Shown here in pieces: positions 22,562-36,600 of a DNA stretch of 64,000 nucleotides. The stretch is taken from contig CP158636.1 of NCBI GenBank assembly GCA_050273025.1, forward strand, positions 2,418,001 through 2,482,000, read 5' to 3'. Below the pieces are notes generated by a model, which searched no databases, was not told the origin of the DNA, and saw nothing but the letters and a program-made list of their open reading frames with translations. Position 1 is the stretch's first letter. Each line of letters starts with the position of its first letter. Both the position numbers and the translations under genes were made by a program. This DNA comes from Cenococcum geophilum (Eukaryota).

Positions 22562-25500
22562 TAGCGTGGTTTAAAATCAGCCAATCAGAGGAAATAAAAT
22601 TATCGGCATTTACCGGGATTTTATTTTTTAGCTAATAAAATAAAATAAAATCTCTGAGAGCCCTTTTTATTAGCGACTTTACCGAGGTATAAGTATAGCA
22701 AGGAAGATGTATGCGAGCCTGTACGATTAGATTGTCTATTAACGAGAATCTAAAGCTAGAGAAAGGAAAGGAGAAGGAAGGTAGCGCCGCTTAACGTTTT
22801 ATATAATCCTCTAGTTATATAACTACAACTATGTTTGCCATAATCCACCGTTTTCTACCAGCGCCGTAACACTTTTATTTACTTAAGATTCTGCTCCGTA
22901 ATTAATTCTTAGAGCACTCTACCTTCTTAATATTTTCTACCCTAAGCTACATCCTCTCCCAAGATATTATACGATGTGCTCCTAAGAAAACTCTCTTTGG
23001 TTTGTTACTTATTGCTAGTATTAATAGAATATTAATCGCCATTAATAAGAGCCTTAGCTATCGTTACTATTATTAATTCTGGCACCACTAATTAAGAGCT
23101 AATATTCCTGAAATTGGATATAGTGGCTCGGTGATATAGTTCTCGTATTTGTTCTAGCTTTATAGCCGAGCAAAAAGGTAAAGATCCTTAAGAATCTTAT
23201 TAAGATGGTCTGTATTCTCTTTTAGTGTCACGGAACCCCACCGCAGGGGCCTCTATAGGAGAGCCCCGTGCTCTCGCGTACACCTCGCGTACAGCTTATG
23301 TTAGCTACGCGTAGGTATATCACCTCCTTACGCCCTTAACCCTTACGATCGATCGCGCAACGTCTTGTAGACTCCTCGAATACATACATCTTGTAGCCAC
23401 TGCCCCGTCCCATGATATTACGTTGCGCCTTTTTACTACTAACACCCAGCCTATAACCAATTCTACATCTCTGTAATACTATAGGCGCTGCCAGAAGTAG
23501 CGTGCCTACGAGTTACCTTACTTTATACTTTTAAGGAACCCATAATAGTAAGACGATATTCCTTACTAGCTACTATATTAAACCCAAAGAACAATCTAAT
23601 ACCTATACTTAACCTACGACGCCAATTAATCCTAGGAGAATTTGATTTATTAGCCCTAGCCTTAACCCCTAAGGAGATGGACACTAATAATATCTTATCT
23701 TTTATTAACTATATAACTACGGATAAGCAAGCGGAAGGGCTACTACCTATTAAAATCGAAATATAAGACGCCGAGATATTTGCAAAAATAGTAGCACGAG
23801 AACCTAATAAATACTACCGCCTTCTATAGAACTACTACCTAAAGCTTACACGAGCCAAGATACGTACTGCCTAAGATCGCGATATTATCTAAGACCTATA
23901 AGCTTGTGAGGCGCTCGCCGACAACACGCGTTAAGAAACTAAAGATAACCTCCGTATATCTAAACGCGACGTCCAATAGTTAAAAAAGGCTAAAATCGCA
24001 CTTATTGCTATAATCACTAAAAAAGAAGGCACAATTAAATACCTATAATCTTAGCTTAACGAGCATATTTATAACAACGCTAGACACCTCTCTACTGCAT
24101 ATAACGCCACTTAAGTCTCTACGCCCCTGGCAACTTTACCTACTTAATACTTAACAAAGAGTTAGCGCCAAGCAGCCTTACCTAACGGGAACCCCTACTA
24201 AAGTAACGATAAAAGCTATAACGACTAAACCTAAGCTGCCACTATAGGGTCTAATATATGTTACCCTAATCCCCTAGTTTTCTAAAGAGACCGCAAAAAA
24301 TATAGCTACTAGAAGATGCAAATCCGCAAGAAACTAACTTAGAGCGCCTACCTTTTTCCTACGGAAGATACTAAGATTAGTTACATTATTAGGCGAATAA
24401 AGGGTATACTATTTAATAGACTCTTCGCCTAATAGGAGACCAATAGCCCCTAGAAGTGGCAGTCCCACTAAAAAGTCCTTAATAATCTTAACCTAATATA
24501 CTATAACCACGACCTACTGGCCACCAACCGAGCTAAACTATATGCCCTAAAGATAAGCCCTACCGAATTATTTAATAAGTTCTATATTAAATTCTAGGAA
24601 TATACCGGAGCCCTCACCTGAGATAATACTAAAGACCAGAAAGATCTCCTTAAAAAAGTCACTTATTACCTTAGTTACGCAGCCGCCAGCCACAACTATA
24701 ATAATGTTTATAATATGGTAGCAGCTATATAGAAGATTAAACGACAACTAAATTAGATTGCTACTGTAAACCCTTACCTAAAGACCTCCCTATAGAAGCC
24801 CTCCGGACCTACTAAACTACTAACGCTTACTACCCTAAGCAACACTACTAGTCCTAATATTAACCTTTCCATACTAACCTTTCTGTAGAAGCTACTAAAC
24901 GGAGAACACGAGCTACTCTAAAAGCTAAAGCGTTGCTATAAATGTTGTTAAGAAGGCTGTTATAGCTATAGCCTAAACTGCCTAATAGCTAGGTTTAGCA
25001 GCCGCCGCCTAATACTTAACCTAGTACCTTAAACACTAAATACGTTGCTATGTACTACTACCGTATAAGATAAAGACGCAGTAATAGCGGTAGAGTTAGA
25101 TATGGAAACGGAAAACGCTAAGTCCTAACCCTAAGTCGTAGGTTAGGACACCCTAATAATAAGGGGATCTATATATTGGCCTACTTAATAGATAACTTAG
25201 TAAAAATAAATGGACGAAAATAGATAGTTTTACCTATAATAGGAACTACTGCCAAAAAATAATATAAAAGCCGTTCTATAATTAATTGCGGAGCTACTAA
25301 TAAATTTATAGATACCTAATTTGTGTACACTTATAACCTATTTACCTTACCCCTTACCAAAACCCGCGCCCTATAACTCGCCGACGGTAGTTATACCGCA
25401 TAGAAGATTACCTATATAGTATAACTCTACCTAGATATAAATAGGCACCAGGAAGAACTCTAGGCCTATATTATACCACTTACTAACTACCCTATTATCC

Positions 25501-28500
25501 TTAAAATAAACTAGCTCAAATAATATAACCCCGCTATTAACTAGAAAAAGAGAGAAGTAACCTTTAATTCTAAATACTGTAGAGAGACCTACCTAGGACA
25601 TAGCCTAGCCGCCTCTATTTACTCCCCAAGATACCAACCTAAGAAACCCCTTATTACCCTACCTATAACTAACTACCACTACGTAAGTACCGCGGCCTTT
25701 TACCGCATAGCATATAGGAAAGGCTAGACCGTTACTATAGCCTCCCGATTATAACTATATAAGCTTAATAAAGAATAGGACTATATCCTCTATAGTAATA
25801 GGATAGATATAGTTAACCTTTTAGAAAATAATGCCCCTGCAGAACTCTACGGACTTTTACCTTTAAACTTTAAGAAGTTTATAAAGCTTAAAAAAGGACT
25901 TACTAATAAGGAACTCCGCAAGCTCCTCCCTAAGAGGTACTATGACTTTATTAATATATGCTTATAAAAGAGCGTAGATATACTCCCCCTATATTAACCT
26001 AATAACTATGCTATTAATATTAAATAAGGAAAAACGCTACCCTATAAGAGACCCTACCTAATATTAAAAGATAAACTTCTAGTTATTAAAAAGTATATCG
26101 ACGAACACCTTAATAAAGGGTTTATTTACCCCAGTATATCCCTAGCAGCCGCCCCCATCCTCCTTACTAAAAAGCTAAAAGGAGGTATTTAATTCTACGT
26201 TAACTATAAAGGATTTAACGCTATTACGATTAAGAACTAATACCCTATACCGCTTATACGTAAGACTTTTAAGCGGCTTAGCCAAGCCAAAATCTATACT
26301 AAGCTTAATATCATCGCCGCCTTTAACCACCTCTAAATACAAGAAGGTGATAAATAGAAAACCGCATTCGCATTGCGCTTTGGCTAATTCGAATATACTA
26401 TTATACCCTTTAGCGTATATAACGGCCTAGGCAGCTTCTAAAGCTATATTAATAACGCCTTATAGGACTACCTTAATGACTTCTACTCTGCGTACCTAGA
26501 CGATATACTTATTTATAGCGATGACCCTTTTAAGCATACCAAGCACGTTTAAAAGGTCCTACAGCGCCTTAGGGACGTAGGACTTTATATTAATTTAAAG
26601 AAGTATAAATTCTTAGTTATAGAAGTAAAATACCTTAAACTAATTATTACTACTAAGGGTGTCCATATAGACCCCAAGAAGGTATATATAATTACCAAAT
26701 GGTAAACCCCTAACTGCATTAAAGACGTATAAGCTTTCCTCAGTTTCGCTAACTTTTATTAAAAATTTATATACAACTTCTCGGGTATTATAGCACTACT
26801 TATAGCAATAATGCGAACGAAGGGCCTTTTTGCGAAAGGAAGAAAAATATATTTACGTTTTATCTAGATGCCTAAATACAAGAAGGCGTTCTAAGACCTT
26901 AAAGATGCTTTTACTAAAGCACCTATCTTAGCTTACTTTATACCAGGACGATAACTCTATCTTAAGACTGACTTCTTAGACTACGTTAACGCAGGCATTT
27001 TTTCCCAAATAGGTGATAATGGTTTCCTCTACCTAGTCGCATTTTATTTATCTAAGCTTATACTATAAAAATATAACTACGAAATCTATAATAAGGAACT
27101 TCTCGCAATTATATAAGCGTTTAAGGAATTCTAACCGGAACTCTTTTTAGCAGAACCTAACCAGCCAACTAAAGTCCTTACGGATTATCGCAACCTTAAG
27201 TACTTTATAACTATAAAATAGCTAAACTAACGCCAAGTACGCTGGAACGAGTTCCTTTTTAGTTTTAACTTTAAAATTATATATAGGCCAGGAGTACAAG
27301 GTACTAAGCCTAATAGCCTAACACGCCGCTTATAAGACCTTCCTTAGTTTAAAGATGACCCCTATAACCAGTTCCAATAACAAATAATCCTAAAAGTACG
27401 GAATTTAGCCCTAGGTATGCTACCTATAATAAAGCTAACTATACCTTAGCTCCATACTATAGAACTAAAATTACCTCCCAAAATTAATAAGCTTATTACT
27501 ACGGTATATAACACCTCTATTGACCTATTACTGTATTAACTTATTACCGCAAAGACCGCTAGCGCCTATACGCTACTAACTAAACTCTAAAGCTTAGGCT
27601 AGATTAATATGGCAGCCTTAGAAGTAAAAGAGAATAGGCTCTATTATAGAGGCCGTTTATTCGTCCCTAACTTAGAAAATCTATAACGGTAACTAATCTA
27701 AATGGCCCACAACCTCTAATTAAGCGGCTATTTAGGTAGAGGAGGAACCTATAAGCTTCTTAACCGATACTACTTCTAGCCTAAAATAATAGACTTAGTT
27801 AAACGCTTTATAGGCGCCTATTACAGTTATAAGCGCGCTAAGGCCTTTAATATAAAGTACTAAGGACTACTACACCCTCTACTAGTACCTATACAATAAT
27901 AGGCAGATATCGCTATAGATTTCGTTGTTAACCTACCACCCTATAAGCGATATGGCTATACCTATAAGAATATCCTTATAATAATATGCCGACTTATAAA
28001 AGAGCGCCACTATGTCCTAACCGAAGGCGTAGCCGTTAGCGATATTACTAACGCCTTTCTTTGCGAAATCTACCGATTATATAGGTTACCTAACTTAATT
28101 ACGTCTAACTAAGGCATATAGTTCGGCTCTAATATATAGAGACGAATCTGCCAACGCCTTAGCATCTCCGTTAAGATGTCTATATCCTTCTACTATAAAA
28201 CTGCTAGGTAACTGGAAAACGCTAATACTAGCATAAAAGCGTACCTACGATAGGTAGTCGCCTATAGTTAAGATAACTAGGTGGATTACCTCCTACTAGG
28301 TAAATTCGCAGCAAATAACTACGTCTTAACTACTATAGGACTTACCCCGTTCTTCGCAAATAAGGGATATTACCCCTAATCCAGCATAGAACTACTAGAA
28401 CCTATTAATAAGAAACTACCATATAGAAAACGCCTTAAGATACTACTTGCCAACCAGCATACAGACCGCATAAAAAATCTACTCAACTACTGTAAGGGAG

Positions 28501-31500
28501 AAATGGCCTGGGCTTAAGCAAAGCAGGCCTACTTCGCTAACCGTTATAGAACGCCACCACCAAAGATGCGTGTTGGCGACTAGGTATAGCTAAATACACG
28601 CAATATCTCTATATAGAGGCCTATAAAGTCACTTAATTATAAGAACCTTAGCCCCTACCTAATTAAATAAGTCATTAATAGGGGAGCCGTATACGAGCTA
28701 GAGCTCCCGCCTGCCCTAGCCACCCGTGGGATATAGCCTGTATTTCACCTATAGCTACTATACCTTTACCAGCCTAACCCCTTACCGGGGCAAATATAGC
28801 CTAAACCCCCACTAGTACTAATCCGAGACAAAAACGAAGATAAAAACCACGAGGAGTGGACCGTTAAATGAATTATTAACTCTAAATACTTTAGTAAAGG
28901 CAGAGGACGATGGCTCTACTACAGAGCTATATATATAGGATTTGATATAGACTAGCCAAAATAGCAACTATAGGAAGACTTCAAAAATGCAAAGGATTTA
29001 ATTAGCGACTTTCACTACGCGAACCTATAGAAACTAGGCCTAAGTAGAGATTTTATACCTAATCCTCTATAGGAGCCCTTATAGAGTTAAACCGTTATAC
29101 ATTACCACGTAGGGGCAAATTACTATTAAATTGCCGTTAAATTGTGGTAAAGTGCGATTACATAACCAGAATATCATTAAGATGTCCAGGAACTTTAACC
29201 GGCGGTTAAAGTTATCTAATTAGTCGGATTCTTAGATACCAAGCCTTATTACATAACGTTGTTTCAAGCCTTTAGTAATACCCCCCTTTTCTTCTTTTCT
29301 ATACCCTAAGTATCCCTTCTATATGTATATAGTAACCATAGCGTCGCCGAAGCTCCGCCTCTATAGGAGGGGGGGTAGTGTCACGGAACCCCACCGCAGG
29401 GGCCTCCATAGGAGAGCCCCGTGCTCTCGCGTACACCTCGCGTACAGCTTATGTCAGCTACGCGTAGGTATATCACCTCCTTACGCCCTCGACCCTTACG
29501 ATCGATCGCGCAACGTCTTGTAGACTCCTCGAATACATACGTCTTGTAGCCACTGCCCCGTCCCGTGACATTTGGCTTTAGAATCTTATTATATAATATA
29601 GTAGTACTTAGGGTAGAAGGATTATCTCCTCTATACTTTATCTCCTATAGAGCCTTAACCCTATTAAGCGCGGGCTTTTACTACTTCTTTTCCCAGTTTA
29701 ACTTAATATACTTCGTACGATAACTTAGGTGAAGAATGATTGCAGCAGTGTATAAGGGGGAATCGTCCGACTTAAGGTAATACTTATTAAATACTTGCTA
29801 GCCTGCGTAGATATACTTACAGAAATCCTTATTAGCTTTATAGTATTCCTATTATAAGATTAATAAATTCCTAAGATAAGGGGAATAAGAGTTATATAAG
29901 GCTGTTTTTAAAGTATTAAACAAGAGCATCTATTAAAGTTAGTACACCGTTGATTATTGCTTGATGTCCTTACGTTCTAAGGGTAACTTTATAAAATATT
30001 TAAAGAAACTTATGTATTGTACGAAGCGTATCCTAGTCTAAGTTAGTTAACTCGTCCTCTTTAAGGGTGTCCTGATAATTCCTCTAGTACTTATAAATCG
30101 CCCCATCCTTTTAAAGCGTAATATTAAGTATATAGAACCAGCTATTCTATCTCGTATAATTATTAAGAGGAATTCTTCTTCTAGTAAAAGCCTTAATATC
30201 TTTTGTACAACCTGCAGAACTTTGTGTATGGATAACGATGTTATAAAGCTTGCTAAGGACACCCATATGACGAAACGTATCCCTTTAAATAGCTAGCTGT
30301 GCTTTGCTAATTTTATCTCCGCTTTTATCCTCTACTTTATATAACTGGATTTGCTTAATACTAATAACGTCTTTAAAGAGAAAAGCCTATATAGCAAGGT
30401 TGATAATATGGCCGTTATAGCGGATACGTTAATAAATAGGATTCCAGTTAATCTTCTTTTCTTTCTTTAGGTAGGCACCTACTATATAATAGAGAGTATT
30501 ATTTGTAGAAGTATTATTATAAATAATTGCACCAATCTGTTATATGACTTTAAAGTCCTATAGGACAGGAAGAAGAACTCCGAATTAATCCTCGCCGCTA
30601 TAAGAATATACCGTATGAAGAGTAAGAAGCGCCCTTAAAAGCTTCTGCTTATTCTGCTAAGTAAAGTGCGCGCAAACTACGAGAAGAAGATGCTTATTTA
30701 GAGACGTCTAAATATTAAGCGAGATATGGATGCTTAATATTGCTGCCTAAAGCTTGTCTTGTATAATATCCTTTTGGGAGAGCTAGGAGGTATTAATTAG
30801 TTTACTAACTTTAGAATAAGCTGTTGTAATAATATTGTCTGCCTAAGGATTAAGAATATAACAAAGTATATGGAACTCTGGCCACTTAACCATTTGGAAT
30901 GGAAGACATTATATAATAATTAATGAAATAAGAGCCTTGTAAACTAGCTCCTTATTAAGGACTTTGCGGAGTATAATTTAGTTAATTTCTTCTCCTTAAT
31001 TAGTAGCCGAGAGCCTCTTATATAACTCCTTAAGCTATATCTTTACTGTTATACGAATGCCTAGGCCGTTAACTAGACAATTAATTTGATGCTTGCTTTT
31101 AAGGTAATTTTAAAGGTTTATTGTAGATTTTCCGCTATACGGTAGATCTATATAGTATTTATAGTAATAGATCTTATTCTTCTTGTATCTTTCTGGTTTA
31201 TGGTTGTACGGCAGCCGAGTGTGCTTGTGGAGAGAGATGTCTAATAGCCCGCGTATACTAGCTTCTAGTCCTTTAACCTTAGTAGATTTAAGAGTAGATA
31301 AGAAAATAGATGACTCTGCTTTAGAAGCCATTATACCGTATAATAAAAGATAAAATTAGAATGGTGGTTGATGGAATTCTTAATATTAGATAGGTAGAGC
31401 GGGGTATGCTAAGAGATTTTATTTTTTTTAGCTAATTGATAAAAATAATAACAAATACGAAAATAAAATTATTTATTGATCTTATCAGATAAGATTTTAT

Positions 31501-31514
31501 TTTAAACTACACTG
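22562..31514 (-). mobile_element. hAT transposon family B (RIP-degraded), inserted in the 3' LTR of Gypsy 1
   Basis: TIR (C)AGYGTGGTTTAAAAT; TSD GTTCCTTT/GTTCCTTC at 22554-22561 and 31515-31522. Transposase remnant starts MASKAESS at 31331, with a degraded BED-finger-like region. Confidence 0.88.
23226..29570 (+). mobile_element. Ty3/Gypsy chromovirus 2 (RIP-degraded)
   Basis: 192-bp LTRs at 23226-23417 and 29379-29570; TSD TTTAG/TTTGG; PPT GGAGGGGGGGTAG. Remnants of gag, protease, RT (SAYLDDILIYS at about 26490), RNase H, integrase and chromodomain. Confidence 0.93.
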
Positions 31515-33490
31515 GTTCCTTCCTTATAGTGATTCTTAAAATACAATTGGAGTTAATCTGTTAGGCAACCACTCCACTAGTTATTATTATTGTGTCGACG
31601 TTTATACTGCATTTCCTACATACCTAGCCTAATAACGAGTTTACCGTAGTTCTTGCTATAAGGTTCCGTTACAAGAGCAGCTATATAAAGAGGCGACTTA
31701 TTAGTTTCCGTATAGTACTTATTAAACTTTACCCAGTAATATATAATTCTAAAAATAAAGACTTTATTACCACAATATAGTTTCTATTATAGCGTTAGTT
31801 TTTATAAATAAGAAATAAGAATAGACGTATAAGAGCCCTATTTATATACTTAATTAAAATATCCATAGTAGGAAGCACTTGGTTAAGTATTATATTATTA
31901 CCTTATAATTTCCGTGTTACTTTCTTAAAGGGTATAAGGAACTCTAATATTATATAAAGTAGTTGCCAGTCTTATAGAGTAAGACTATCCTTTAGGAGTG
32001 TTAATAAGTTTTCCTCTATATACTTATTAACTATACTCCTATACTTAAGTGCTATAGTAAGTATATAAAACCAGCTATTCCATTATATACAATTATTAAG
32101 TAAAATCCTTCTCCCTATATAACTCTTAAATAGTTTTATATGTGCAGCTAAGGAGCGTATATAGATAATAATATTATAAAGCTTACTAAGTACACCCATA
32201 CGCGAAAATAAGTCTTACTTTTCCTTTTTTTCCTTTTTACTAAGTTCCTTCCTACTCTCCTTATCCTCTTTATATAGCTTAATTTGCTTAATATTAATAA
32301 CATCTTAAAATAAGAATACTAAAATAGCAAGATTAATAATATAGCCCTAGTAATGGATCCGCTATTGCGTAGGATCCTATTTAATATCTTTATTCTTAAA
32401 AAGATACTAACTAATTATATAGTAGAGAGTGTTGTTTATACTAGAGTTATCGGCAATAATAGCTTTAAGCTTTTATACGATTCTAAAGTTCTTTAGAACT
32501 AAAAGTAAAGCATTTTATTAGTCCTCCCTATTATAACTAGCTACTATATAAAGAATAAGAAAAGCCTTTATTAGTACCTCCTAGTTGTTAATAAAGTAAG
32601 TACAGATTACAAGAAGAAGGTAGTTATTTAGTAAGGTCTAGATATTAATAGTAAGATAAATATTTATTAACATAGACTAAAGCTTCTTCTGTATAATATC
32701 TATTTGTAATTAGAATAAATTATCAACCATTTTAGCAATAGTTGTATAAGATGCTGGGATATAGCTTCTTAATTCTAGATTTAGAGCCTGGCAGAGTATA
32801 TAAAGTTCTGGCCATTTAATAGCCCAAAAAGGAAGGTTTTATATAACAATTAAGTTAAAAAGAGCCTATTTAATAACGTCCTTATTAAGAATCTTCTTAA
32901 GCACCTAAGAATTAAACTCGGTTATATCATTCTGGGCAGAAGCTTTATTATAGAGTTGCTTTAATTTCTCGTATGCTGCAACTTTGGTACTACTGTCGCT
33001 TAGTGTGGTTTTCGATAAGTCGATAAGGTTTCAATCAATATTGCTTATTAAACGTTAATATCAATCAATATTGACAATGCTTGTTAATAATGCTTAATAT
33101 TAACCGTATTACGCTTTACAGTCTATCTTAAGCTTATTTTTTACGATACAGATTAATATTAACGACTCTTCTTATTGTGGTTTTCTTATCTACTGCAACT
33201 CGCTTCTAGATAGACGTATGGGCCACCTCGTATACGCGCCCACCTCGTATACGGTTTTCCTTACCAAAATATGCCTAAATATACCTTTTTATACCACCTA
33301 TAACTTAATAACCTTTAAATAGAATTTTATAAAAATTTAAATATAGCTTATTAGATACTAAAACTATAAGTTTATATAAAAAATAAAAAAATTAAGATAT
33401 ATATATTTTAAAAATAAAGTTAAAAAAGTTCTTTTTTTATATAAACTAAAATAATTAATAATATTAATAATAGACCTATTATATAGCTAT

Positions 33491-33683
33491 TATCTAAATA
33501 AGTTCGAACAGGAATTTATAGACGCAATTACGTGAGCTAAGCGAGCTTAGGAAACCCCTTAAATTCTACCTCTTTATATATAAATAAAAAGTCAGCTATT
33601 ATTATCCAAACGAGCATACAATACTATATGTATTTCGTGCCCCTAGATATAACTTACTTTGTATTATTAAATTAATATAAATA
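33491..33683. mobile_element. Solo LTR (RIP-degraded)
   Basis: TSD GCTAT at 33486-33490 and 33684-33688; its right part matches the solo LTR at 57381-57621 (GAGCATAC...TATTTCGTGCCCCT). Confidence 0.72.
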
Positions 33684-33693
33684 GCTATATTAT

Positions 33694-36600
33694 TGTCGGT
33701 ATAACTCTCTTTATCAACGTGCACGAATATCACTTGTAGTGGTACGTATGCGGTGTTGAAGTTGGTAGTTAATTGTTGTCTAGAAGAAAGGGGTTGCTCT
33801 AAGGTCAGACAGTTAGTCTCGCTTCGTAGTCCTATAACTACGTCACGTGATTAATGTTCCGACACTGGAGCAACTCTAAAAAGAAGGCTAATCTATACTC
33901 TAAAGTTAAGTCTTCTAGACTACTCGTAACGTATACGCAATAGCGACTTTCTGCCAAATTTTGCCATATTACCAAATTCTGCCAAATTCTGCCATAATAC
34001 CGAATTCTGCTAAATTCTGCCATGTTACCAAATTCTGTTAAATTCTGCCATAATACCAAATTCTGCCAAATTCTGCTATATTACCGAATTCTGCTAAATT
34101 CTGCCGAACCTAACTTCTGCCAACTAATTAGGATTTTCCATCCCCGGGATGGAAAATTGCTATTAGCTCACTTAGTACTAGCGCCAACGCTAAACCAAAG
34201 TCAAATCCGTTTGCTTAACCTACCCTATAGCCCATAATTCAACTTAATTCGTATTAATAAGCTGTGATAGTACTGTATAGGGCTTACCCTTTATTATAGC
34301 GTCCATAGGGTTAGTATCTCCATTAATCCACTTAACTTTAGTAATCTATCTTCATTCATAAGCTTAGCGAAGGCACATTATATCAATTATTAAGCGTTTC
34401 TCTTACGTAGTTCCTAGTCGGACAAGATAGTCGTATAAAGACTTTAAATTAGTATAGAGAATAAATAGTAAGTTAACCTATAAGACCTTGTCTAGCGTAG
34501 ATTTAATTATAGCGCCTATATCGAAACTATACGCTATGCCGTATAACTCTAAGGCTAATACACTCCTAGTGACTCTTTTGCACTTAATTAAGGACCAGTA
34601 AACGATATTTGCCTTATTTAAGGCGTCTGCTAGTATAAGTATATAGCCAATTTACAAAGATAAGTCCTTATTGTTGGCGAAGGAAGCGTCTATAAATACT
34701 AGGAGTTATAAGGTATTAACGTCTAGCTTAACAAACTTTAGGCCTCTATTTACGTTCTTAATCTACCAGCTTAATCACTTATTAAAACTCTTTATATTAT
34801 CTTTAACTGGGTTAATTACCTAGGCAGTAAAGGATAGGTTAAATAAGGCCTCTGGCTGACAGACTAAGGCAATATAGGCTCCTCTAGCGCGTTAAGCAAT
34901 ATACTGGTCCTTTAGCATAAGTAGGCCACGCGTAACTCCTCTAGGGCTAGTACTATCTACTAGTGTAGTATTAACCACACTAAGGTTCTTATACTGGCGC
35001 TTTTACGTTAGCGTAATACTCCTATCTTATGTTAATTAAATAAGTCCTCCATTAAACTTAATTGGTGTATTAGCGGTTAATTACTCTTGCTCCTTAGCCA
35101 TAAATTTAGCCTTATATAGTTCGCTTTATTTAGCCTCTATAAAGGTATTATCTGCGAGGAACAGTATATTGTTAGTCTATAGGCCAACGATTCTAAAAGG
35201 CTTGTCGCTATAGAGTAAGCAAGGGTCGTATATAGACTAGTCCATTTATAGCTAATTAATATAGTATAAATAGTAGGTCTTAAACTAGTGGTTTTTAGTT
35301 TTAGATACTCTATAAAGTGGCTTTATAACCTTTAGAACGGAGTCTATATCAATTCCTAATTATTTATTTAGCTCGTGTAGTAGTCATACGTAGAACTTAC
35401 GGTTTAGGTTTGTAGTAGACTAGACGTAGGCTTGTGAGATGTCTTAGAGGTAGAGTCGTGTCTATAGTAGCATAGCAGCGATATAGAGAATTAGCCGCTG
35501 GCTAACTCGTTAAATTGTTAGTGACTAAATAAGGACCAGCTCTTTCTCTAAGTCATTATAGGCCTATATAACAAGTCGTGATTTCTTAAAGGCTTTATCG
35601 GTTCCCTTATTCTTAATCTTATCAATAAACCGTGAATTAAAGAGTCTGACCCCCTTTAGTATATTATATAGTTTAATAATCTCAAAGACGCCTTTCTTAA
35701 GTAGGCCTGTAACCTCCTTTTATCATAAAGCGCTAAATTGGGTATTGCTATCGTTCTATAAGTAAATAGTAGTGCTAGCCGTATCTACGGTATCATCGTC
35801 CTATAAGTAGATAGCGATATCTGCGATATCTGCAATATCCGTAATATCACCTGTGAAAGCGTCTATATCTATTATAGCATCCGTAACAGTTATATCTACA
35901 ACAGCCATAAGTAATAGGTATTTACAGGGGCGACCTCTACCTCGCTTTAGCGGTAGCTATAGTTTAACTTTAGGTAACAATTAAGGTTTAGCTAGTAAAG
36001 GTACTGGTTTAGCTAATTTAATAGGCTCTCTTGGTTTAACTGGGTCTTATAGGTCTAGTAGGTAAGGTTTTACAACCGTAGAGCGGAAGGTCGTAGGCCC
36101 ATTCGGTAGCTTTACGGTATAGGTCTTACCGTCAACGGCAAGTAGCGTATGTGGCCTATTTTAATAACCACTTTAGCCAATATTACCTTTTCTCCAGACT
36201 AAGATAGGCGAACTAGGTAGGAGGCCGTAAATGGCGTTAGTTCGTGGTCCGTTTCGCATATTAAGAGCGTTAGCGATCTATTATTTAGCTTATAGCTTCT
36301 AGATTTCCACCATTGCTTTCTTAATAGCCGCAGCTCGTTATATAACTAAAGGTAATAACGCGTCCGATTTAACTATTTAGGGGTAGGCTCTAAAGACTAG
36401 GAGTATAGGGACTAGGCCTTCTAGGCCAGCCGTATTATTAATAGCTTTAAAGGCCATTTATAGGGCCATCTCCTTACTAGTTTTAGGGATTTCAGTCGTA
36501 ATAATTTAGTAGGCTTATTATAGCGGACCATGGTAGCGCTCTACTATCCTAATAAAATTGTGTAATTCGACTAGAACTGACTTTATAGTTACTCCTATAG

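Larger units (their letters stand above)
14738..31673 (+). mobile_element. Ty3/Gypsy chromovirus 1 (RIP-degraded); its 3' LTR is split by hAT-B
   Basis: 5' LTR 14738-15162; 3' LTR 22288-22561 plus 31515-31673; TSD AGAGC; PPT AAAGAGGAGGGAGATAG. Remnants of gag, RT (EGDEWKAAF, MQF), RNase H, integrase and chromodomain at about 15200-21570. Confidence 0.92.
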
